A stretch of 64,000 nt of DNA from positions 230,774 to 294,773 of the IMG/VR virus record IMGVR_UViG_3300044731_002337; one strand, given 5' to 3'. A program made the translations under genes and the position numbers. Below are positions 57,301 through 64,000 of this stretch, one piece after another (position 1 is the stretch's first letter; each line of letters starts with the position of its first letter). The notes under the pieces were generated by a model that saw only the letters and a program-made list of their open reading frames with translations, was not told where the DNA came from and searched no databases.

Positions 57301-58020
57301 ATGAGTGATGAAGGTGAAGAAGGTTACACTAGTCCGAAAAAAGTCAAAGCTTCAGATACAAACTTACGATGGGCTGTTGGAGTCTTAACATTACTTGTTG
57401 TGACTATTGCTGTATTTCTAGGTATACAATTAGTTAATCTAGATGAATTCCCAGGCTTCAAGAGTAAAGTCAATACTCTTATTGCCACTAAACTCTTACC
57501 TGTAACCAATACCATTAACGCCAATGCAGCTAGAACACCAAGTGAATGGATCTCCATGACACCTATAGTCTCAGTATTCAATGCTACTGGTAACACCAAA
57601 ACCACCACCACTTTTGCATATGTACTCAATACCAATCTACCAGCTAAAGCATCCTTCTTCTGGTACCGAAAAACAGGCAAGTTTGTAGAAGTCTATTATG
57701 TGATTGATGTCATACAAAGTAATGGAGCTGCTACTACTTCGACTGATACGGTACGAATATATATCACATTACCCACCAATCATAATGCCTATGCTACTGC
57801 AGCGTCCCAAAGAATACCCGCCAGTATCAATGTTACCCTCTTGAGCGATGTCAGTTTAAATACTATCATCCCCATCAAAAAAGTAGATCTCAGAACGAGT
57901 GACGCCCCACAAACTGGTAAATCCACCGAATTCGATCAATTGTATTTCGATATGGTATTCGGTTCAAGTGCAACCTACAATATCTCTCTATCAGGTACTT
58001 TTGTCTATGTTACACCTTGA
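57301..58020 (+). CDS. type II membrane protein with phage RBP-head-like C-terminal domain
   Basis: TM, then WYRKTGKFVEVYY...IYITLP...LSGTFVYVT, a pattern typical of tail-fibre/RBP heads. Confidence 0.6.
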   Translation: MSDEGEEGYTSPKKVKASDTNLRWAVGVLTLLVVTIAVFLGIQLVNLDEFPGFKSKVNTLIATKLLPVTNTINANAARTPSEWISMTPIVSVFNATGNTKTTTTFAYVLNTNLPAKASFFWYRKTGKFVEVYYVIDVIQSNGAATTSTDTVRIYITLPTNHNAYATAASQRIPASINVTLLSDVSLNTIIPIKKVDLRTSDAPQTGKSTEFDQLYFDMVFGSSATYNISLSGTFVYVTP

Positions 58021-58034
58021 TTTTTTTTTGTTTC

Positions 58035-58159
58035 CATCAAGGAGGTTACCTAAATTGCATCAAGGAGGTTACCTAAATTGCATCAAGGAGGTTACCTAAA
58101 TTGCATCAAGGAGGTTACCTAAATTGCATCAAGGAGGTTACCTAAATTGCATCAAGGAG
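58035..58159. repeat. perfect 23-bp tandem array (catcaaggaggttacctaaattg) x5 plus a 10-nt partial unit
   Basis: Units start at 58035, 58058, 58081, 58104, 58127 and 58150 (partial); no spacers. Confidence 0.97.
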
Positions 58160-59171
58160 ACACCAATTGAAGTCGTGATAACAATTCAAGTGTCACTTTT
58201 GGATGTTCGCACTTGTATTTCCCTTGATGATACATGACACTCTTAATTAATTGATTGGCTTCCATCTCTTCCTGAGTGACTATTGGCCCCATATTTCTCA
58301 ATGCATGTCGTGGCATAGTGATTAATGGTGGTGGAATAGCGGTCGACAAAGATCCCAATGAACGATGATACGATAACATATTACAATACACCATTGTTGC
58401 GGAAGAACGAACTTGCGGATCATAACGTAACATTGGTCGAATCACATGTTTCCATAACTTGTCATGAGGAAAATAAAGATCTAAAAATTGTAAATAGACC
58501 TCTTTATAATCTCTGGTCAAGTACCAATAGATTTGTTCATATGATAATAGACAATATTCTTTTGACATAATCTTACGTAATTGGTTATATCGCCACCAAC
58601 CAGGTTTATAATAACTATACAATAATCCCAAGGTAAAAATAATTTCTTTTTGTAATAATACTTCCAACCATAATATCCCTAATGCCCAAATATCTGAATT
58701 ACAATGACGGGTAATCATTCCAGCTACCTCTTGCAATTCAGGTGGTCGATAACGTACATGATACTCTTCCACCCATAATGAACTATGACTCTGCATTCGA
58801 GCATGACCATAATCAATCAATATCCCCCTTTGATCTTTTGTCATACATATATTATCCAACTTGATATCATAATGAATCACATGCAACGCATTATGCAAAT
58901 ACACCAATCCTGATATCACATCCCAAAAAATCTGAAACCAATTTACATCCATATTATATTGTAATGTCGCATGATAACGTGGCATCTTCATTGTCAAATA
59001 GTCATCTTGATACCCCAACTCATACACCTTGTTCAAATGTGGGTGATCCCCTGTTTGCAATAAAATATACGATTCTACAATAAACGTTGAATGACATTTT
59101 ATATGTATATGCTTTGATACATGCTTTCGATACAAATCTACATATCCATAATTACAACGTATTCTCTTCAT
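58152..59171 (-). CDS. Ser/Thr protein kinase (CDK-like YRPPE)
   Basis: NYGYV, IHYDIKLDNI, LIDYG, YRPPE, DIWALG, MLRYDPQVR. Confidence 0.85.
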   Translation of the reverse strand: MKRIRCNYGYVDLYRKHVSKHIHIKCHSTFIVESYILLQTGDHPHLNKVYELGYQDDYLTMKMPRYHATLQYNMDVNWFQIFWDVISGLVYLHNALHVIHYDIKLDNICMTKDQRGILIDYGHARMQSHSSLWVEEYHVRYRPPELQEVAGMITRHCNSDIWALGILWLEVLLQKEIIFTLGLLYSYYKPGWWRYNQLRKIMSKEYCLLSYEQIYWYLTRDYKEVYLQFLDLYFPHDKLWKHVIRPMLRYDPQVRSSATMVYCNMLSYHRSLGSLSTAIPPPLITMPRHALRNMGPIVTQEEMEANQLIKSVMYHQGKYKCEHPKVTLELLSRLQLVSP

Positions 59172-59258
59172 TTTGTTCTTTTTAATTATTATCCCTCCTT
59201 CTCCCTCTGAAAAAAAAAGACAAATCAACAAATATAAAAAAAAAAATAAACCAATACT

Positions 59259-60695
59259 ATGGCTGTTACAGGTCCACAAATAGCAACTATTGCTGTTGTA
59301 TGTAGCGTCATCTTCGCTTTACTCTTATTATTGCTATTTCGCAAATGGAATAACAGAAGAAATACAACACGACACAATTCATTTGCTAGAACACAAAAAC
59401 CACAAAGAATAACCAACAATGAACGAACTAGAGATATATCCAACACCACACAAAAACTGTCTGGTGTAGCATCTACTGGTTCGGGTAGAAATGATTCTGA
59501 CCCCACAAAAAACTTGTCTGATGGTAATGATTCTGGTGTAGCATCTGCTGTGTTGCGTAAAAGAAAATCTGACCATAATAGTGAATCTGATAAACCATGG
59601 AGACTCTCTAAACGTAACAAAAATCAAGAAACACATGAACAAAGAGTACCAAACCAACCAAATTCGATTGATATACCATTGACCTTAGTGCAGCCAGTTC
59701 AACCATCACATGCACTTGAAATTCGTCCAAATCAAGAACGAAACATGACGAAATTTGTAAGACTTTTCTGGTCTGATACATATAAGAATGTATTTGAACC
59801 TATTGTCACTGGCATCAACCAATTTTTAGGGTTCGTATTTGGGGGCAGAAGACCACGAAAAGCAGAAAATTCATTAGTAGAAACAGTCATGGTACATTTT
59901 GCACAACACGATGGTATGATAAGGTATCCACCACTATATCCACTCATTACTCTAGCTTATAATATCGTTGATCATAATTCCTTGGAGATGTACTTTTGTT
60001 ATATTATCACATGTCTGTATCAATCGAGTAATCTTTACATAATCACTCAAGCAATAATCACTAGTGAGTTAAATAAGAATTCACCGATTGTTCAAGCCGC
60101 AATTGATCTTTTTCCTTTTTTGCAATTGTATAAACGTAGAGGGAATATTCTCTTCCCAGAATTTGAAAAACTTATTCGCTATTGGATTGAATTGAACAAA
60201 TCCAAACTCAACTCGGACAGAATGATGATCGAAAAAGTCAATAGTGATAGTGAGTCAATACCATCTTCATCTACTTCCCCTGAGTCATCTGTTCTTGTTG
60301 CGCATCCCCCTATTGTTCAAGCGTACATCAACTATCTACAAACAGATATACATAATGATCCGGATCAGATTGATTTTGTACCATCACATTATGATCGACT
60401 CCAGATTGAGGATTATGCCCAACCAAATCAACTATCACGTAATAATCAACTCCAGATTGAGGGTTATGAACCATCAAATCAACATGTTAGTAGACGAGAA
60501 CACCCAACCTATTACAAAGTCATCTGTACAATAGAAGGGATTATAGTTGTTACTCTCATGGGCGCTCTTATCACATTACCAAATCGAGACGTGTATTATA
60601 CCAACACGGAACTTTCTTCAGATCTCCTAATAGCCTACAAAAACTTGATGTTCTTTCTTTTCGGACAATGGGGTAATGGACGTTATTACCAATGA
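59259..60695 (+). CDS. N-terminally TM-anchored hypothetical protein
   Basis: TM followed by a basic stretch and disordered linker; internal short duplications (SGVAS x2, LQIE.Y x2). Confidence 0.7.
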   Translation: MAVTGPQIATIAVVCSVIFALLLLLLFRKWNNRRNTTRHNSFARTQKPQRITNNERTRDISNTTQKLSGVASTGSGRNDSDPTKNLSDGNDSGVASAVLRKRKSDHNSESDKPWRLSKRNKNQETHEQRVPNQPNSIDIPLTLVQPVQPSHALEIRPNQERNMTKFVRLFWSDTYKNVFEPIVTGINQFLGFVFGGRRPRKAENSLVETVMVHFAQHDGMIRYPPLYPLITLAYNIVDHNSLEMYFCYIITCLYQSSNLYIITQAIITSELNKNSPIVQAAIDLFPFLQLYKRRGNILFPEFEKLIRYWIELNKSKLNSDRMMIEKVNSDSESIPSSSTSPESSVLVAHPPIVQAYINYLQTDIHNDPDQIDFVPSHYDRLQIEDYAQPNQLSRNNQLQIEGYEPSNQHVSRREHPTYYKVICTIEGIIVVTLMGALITLPNRDVYYTNTELSSDLLIAYKNLMFFLFGQWGNGRYYQ

Positions 60696-60778
60696 TCATA
60701 TCCATGGTATTTGTGAAAAGGGAATAAAACAAGAAAAGAAAAGAAACAAAGAAAGAAAGAAAAAAAAAGGAAGAAAAC

Positions 60779-60958
60779 ATGTCATCCTGGGAAGATTGGA
60801 CTTATTTTGGTCTCATTATTGCTTTATTCACATTGTTACTCTTTATTGCTATATGCTCCTTATGGCGTTGCTTCTTCCCCCTCATTCATTGCCGTATATG
60901 TCTACGTCAATTACAATGTAGCAATCCACAATGCAATAATAATAATAATCGAATATAA
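60779..60958 (+). CDS. 59-aa single-TM Cys-rich microprotein (not in the ORF track)
   Basis: MSSWEDWTYFGLIIALFTLLLFIAICSLWRCFFPLIHCRICLRQLQCSNPQCNNNNNRI; ATG directly follows a ~55-nt A-rich leader. Confidence 0.65.
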   Translation: MSSWEDWTYFGLIIALFTLLLFIAICSLWRCFFPLIHCRICLRQLQCSNPQCNNNNNRI

Positions 60959-61011
60959 TTCTTAAAAAAAAAGAAAAGAAAAAGAAACATAATCATCATT
61001 ATCGTCACCTC

Positions 61012-61878
61012 ATGAATACCTTGTTCACATGTGCTGTGATTCTCATGTTTTTACTCCTGATTCTTTACCTCTACATGATTACTCACACCACATATCGACC
61101 TTGGATCATGATCATGAGCTACCTAGATACAAACCTCAAAAACCTCTTTAGATCACTCGATAAAGATCCACGAATCATCAATCAAACTGCCATTCACATT
61201 AAAGCAGCAGACATCATCATGACAACACAGCAACAGCAACAGCAACAACAGCGGCAGAAAGAAGTTTGGGTATGTTTCCATGGAAAAGGAGGATCTGCTA
61301 ATCGTTTTGCTGAAATTAAAAATCGTATTTGTCCTGATCCACATGTTGAATTATACATGTATGAATATCCGGGACATGGATTCCGTTATCGTACTTCTTC
61401 CTTAGGTGATATGGAAACATGGATTGTTGACATTTCCACTTTCTACTATTATTTACGACATATCTATCCCCCTACTACCAAAATTGTCTTTTGGGGCTTC
61501 TCATGGGGCGGATACATTGCCTCCCAAGTCGCTGCTCGATTAGCTATCACCCCAACACCCGTTGATCAAGTCCTATTAATCAGCCCTTTTTCTCATTATT
61601 CAGATGTCGGTACACTAGGCAAACTACTCTCCACCCGAACCAATCATCTCCTCCATAACTTACGCATCCCTCATCACCAACAATTACAACATTGGCATGT
61701 ACTCCTACTACGCAGCGATAATACCATCAACCAATACTCAAAAGATAAATGGAAACCTCTCCATTCCATTACCGTCATCCATGATAAACCATACTATGAT
61801 AACACTACACACAACACCGTCATTGGATCCCCTGAATACTTACAATGGCTATCTACTATTCGACTCTCACCACAATAA
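61012..61878 (+). CDS. alpha/beta hydrolase (ABHD13/17-like) with N-terminal TM
   Basis: CFHGKGG, YEYPGHG, GFSWGG nucleophile elbow, SDNTI (Asp), THN (His). Confidence 0.85.
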   Translation: MNTLFTCAVILMFLLLILYLYMITHTTYRPWIMIMSYLDTNLKNLFRSLDKDPRIINQTAIHIKAADIIMTTQQQQQQQQRQKEVWVCFHGKGGSANRFAEIKNRICPDPHVELYMYEYPGHGFRYRTSSLGDMETWIVDISTFYYYLRHIYPPTTKIVFWGFSWGGYIASQVAARLAITPTPVDQVLLISPFSHYSDVGTLGKLLSTRTNHLLHNLRIPHHQQLQHWHVLLLRSDNTINQYSKDKWKPLHSITVIHDKPYYDNTTHNTVIGSPEYLQWLSTIRLSPQ

Positions 61879-61904
61879 AACATTTTTCTTTTTTTTTTAT
61901 TTAT

Positions 61905-62132
61905 TTATTTCAAACAATAATGACATTTGGTTAATCCCAACTTTTCTTGTCTTGGAATCATGGATACCAGTTCATGAAAATCAGTCACAGCGCAAGTCTC
62001 ATCATGTGGCGTCTTCAAAATGTCCTCCCATGTCATCTCCAACATTCCTCTCGCTTTCAAACTCTTTATCACCTCATACAACACCTTTGGACTAGCAATA
62101 TTATGTGAATTCATCATCATTATCATCATCAT
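61905..62132 (-). CDS. small hypothetical protein
   Basis: Short ORF ending in CHYC; support is weak. Confidence 0.35.
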   Translation of the reverse strand: MMMIMMMNSHNIASPKVLYEVIKSLKARGMLEMTWEDILKTPHDETCAVTDFHELVSMIPRQEKLGLTKCHYCLK

Positions 62133-62348
62133 TTCCTCCTCTTCTTCTTACCTCTTATTACTATCCACCAATCGAACCAAACATTCACGACAAGATGAGG
62201 ATAATTCCCCAATATTGGTCTTCTCCTCCTCCATACATGAACAACATTCCTCCATTTGTTGTGTTTCTTGTGTCTTGCTTTGTTATATATATATATCATT
62301 ATAAGGTTTTCTATGCCTATCGGGACTTGTCATCACCATTTTTTTTTG

Positions 62349-62741
62349 TTATAGTTTGGAAGGTAAACAGGATGATAATCGATAACGTGATAATTCTTCA
62401 GGATGCCAAGGTGTTGCTTTCATGACCACAAGAATCGTTTTAAATAATAATACATTACCTTTTTGTATATTGTCCACATGTAAATGTCTCATAAACCTTT
62501 CATATTCTTTTTGAACAATATATTCATTGGTTATTTGAAGTTGAGAAAAATGATCTGCAAAATGTTTACCAATTTGATACCACATTGTACTAGGAACATG
62601 CTTACGATATTTCAACTTACCATCATGAATCCAATATTCTACTTCAATTACCCATTCCAAATAAGCTACATTCAATGATTCATGTATACCCTCATACGTA
62701 TATCTACCTAATGGAGACACCACCAATAACTCTGGATTCAT
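62349..62741 (-). CDS. hypothetical protein
   Basis: ORF preceded by A-tract and (TAAA)n on the minus strand. Confidence 0.6.
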   Translation of the reverse strand: MNPELLVVSPLGRYTYEGIHESLNVAYLEWVIEVEYWIHDGKLKYRKHVPSTMWYQIGKHFADHFSQLQITNEYIVQKEYERFMRHLHVDNIQKGNVLLFKTILVVMKATPWHPEELSRYRLSSCLPSKL

Positions 62742-62920
62742 TTGCTGATGTTTATTTATTTATTTATTTTTTTCATTTCACATCTCACATCATAACCTCA
62801 CTCACTATCCTTATCCCCATGACAACAGGTAACTTCTCGTTCATTCGAAGAGGCAACATATAACAATACCATATTACCACAGAAAAAAAAAAGAAAAAAA
62901 TAACAAAGAAGGGAAACATT

Positions 62921-63985
62921 ATGGAATTTGGTATTCATTCACCTATAGGCATTACATGTCAGGATCAACATACATTAACCATTCATGACTTTATTCAAGA
63001 TCCTACTACCATCACATTACTTCACCAATTATTCCAAACCTATAATCACCCTCATTTTTTACCCCATGAAATAGAGAAGCTACATTACGTGGATGATTAT
63101 TTAGACATACCCCTCATACAAGCAACATTAGATTATTCTTATGAAGCATATCATCGTCTAATTCGTAATCAATGTACTATCATTCCCTCTTGGTACCTCA
63201 ATAATGCAGTCATGGTTGATATGGCACTTGAACATCACCATTATCCTACTTTTGTTCACGCTTATCAACATATGGCTGAAACAAATGATATCATATGGTG
63301 TATGACTGCTGCTCACTATCAACACCTTGACATTGTTCAATTCCTTCATCAGCGTATCATGAACAAACATAATCCACCTCCACCTCTCTATCTTGCTTAT
63401 TCCTTCGCCAATCACCTAGAAGGCTTAACTTGGATCCTCTCCTCTTGTCCATGGTATCCTATCGACTTACAAGTATACAAACAATCTGCTAAACTTGGTA
63501 ACTTGTCCTGTCTGAAATTACTACTCACGGCCAATACTAATACTAATACTAATATGACGGATGACGAATATAATGATATACTCTATGAGGCAGCTCTTCA
63601 TGGTCATCTTGATTGTGTTGACTACCTTGTATCACAACATCATTTTACTATGGATGAAACGATTTGTTGGGCGGCTGCTAAAAATGGCCATTTATCCATT
63701 TTACAATACCTTCATGAACACAACTGTCCGTGGGATCGAACCACGACTTTTGTGGCAACTACTTATAATCATCTACCCTGTTTAGAATACGCCGTCAATC
63801 ATGGATGCCCCGTAGATTGTTATACTAGTTCACAAGCCGCTGCTCAAGGTCATTTACACATCCTACAATTCCTACATCAAAATGCTTCCTGCCCTTGGGA
63901 CCACCATACCCTCCTCTTCGCACATCTACACAACCACACACACATCTACCATTACGCACTCACACACAACTGCCCCCAATCATAA
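62921..63985 (+). CDS. ankyrin-repeat protein (CPWD type)
   Basis: AALHGHLDCVDYL, AAKNGHLSILQYLHEHNCPWD, AAAQGHLHILQFLHQ..CPWD. Confidence 0.92.
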   Translation: MEFGIHSPIGITCQDQHTLTIHDFIQDPTTITLLHQLFQTYNHPHFLPHEIEKLHYVDDYLDIPLIQATLDYSYEAYHRLIRNQCTIIPSWYLNNAVMVDMALEHHHYPTFVHAYQHMAETNDIIWCMTAAHYQHLDIVQFLHQRIMNKHNPPPPLYLAYSFANHLEGLTWILSSCPWYPIDLQVYKQSAKLGNLSCLKLLLTANTNTNTNMTDDEYNDILYEAALHGHLDCVDYLVSQHHFTMDETICWAAAKNGHLSILQYLHEHNCPWDRTTTFVATTYNHLPCLEYAVNHGCPVDCYTSSQAAAQGHLHILQFLHQNASCPWDHHTLLFAHLHNHTHIYHYALTHNCPQS

Positions 63986-64000
63986 TCACTCGCCACTTCA

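Noticed and set aside
58035-58159. Possible CRISPR array
   Set aside because: The units are contiguous and identical with no unique spacers; there is no cas operon, and the PD-(D/E)XK nuclease is a stand-alone type common in viruses
62147-62339. Tiny minus-strand ORFs (35-50 aa), one in frame with 61905-62132 across a TAA (possible pseudogene or readthrough)
   Set aside because: No recognisable homology; could be separate microproteins or noise
1-64000. Bacterial, phage or cellular eukaryotic origin; tRNA/rRNA genes
   Set aside because: NCLDV hallmark genes, no Shine-Dalgarno pattern and no introns; intergenic gaps are short and A/T-only, and no tRNA-like sequence was seen

Overview
Gene-dense, intron-free, AT-rich segment of a giant DNA virus genome (Nucleocytoviricota). 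The separate D5-type SF3 helicase and PrimPol-like primase, the A32 packaging ATPase and the CPWD-type ankyrin protein suggest Megaviricetes, possibly Pandoravirales/Algavirales-related; this placement is inference. Core and repair genes: D5 helicase, AEP primase, A32 ATPase, RuvC-like resolvase, KxNG-type ATP-dependent ligase, SMARCAL1-like SNF2 ATPase, a 1798-aa D6/D11-like SF2 helicase, SNM1-like, DEDDh, PD-(D/E)XK and HNH nucleases, an HMG-box protein and a probable PCNA-like clamp. Signalling genes: five divergent protein kinases, a pseudo-phosphatase, a Skp1-like protein and a stand-alone PAS protein. Highlights: (1) a poxvirus-like entry/fusion gene set with three L1/F9-like paralogs and A16/G9/J5-like proteins carrying a shared beta/gamma-crystallin-like N-terminal motif, plus candidate adhesins; (2) a dispersed lipid-remodelling set (MIPC-synthase-like GT32, sphingomyelinase-like, cytidylyltransferase-kinase fusion, FABP-like, ABHD-like); (3) a 2x24-bp element inserted in frame in two unrelated genes 35 kb apart, and a 23-bp tandem array with the same GTTACC...TGCAT skeleton; (4) an orientation-independent GC-skew inversion near 50-54 kb; (5) A-tract leaders and frequent ATGA gene overlaps. 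No rRNA, tRNA or CRISPR array was recognised. All functional calls come from motif recognition by eye, not database searches.
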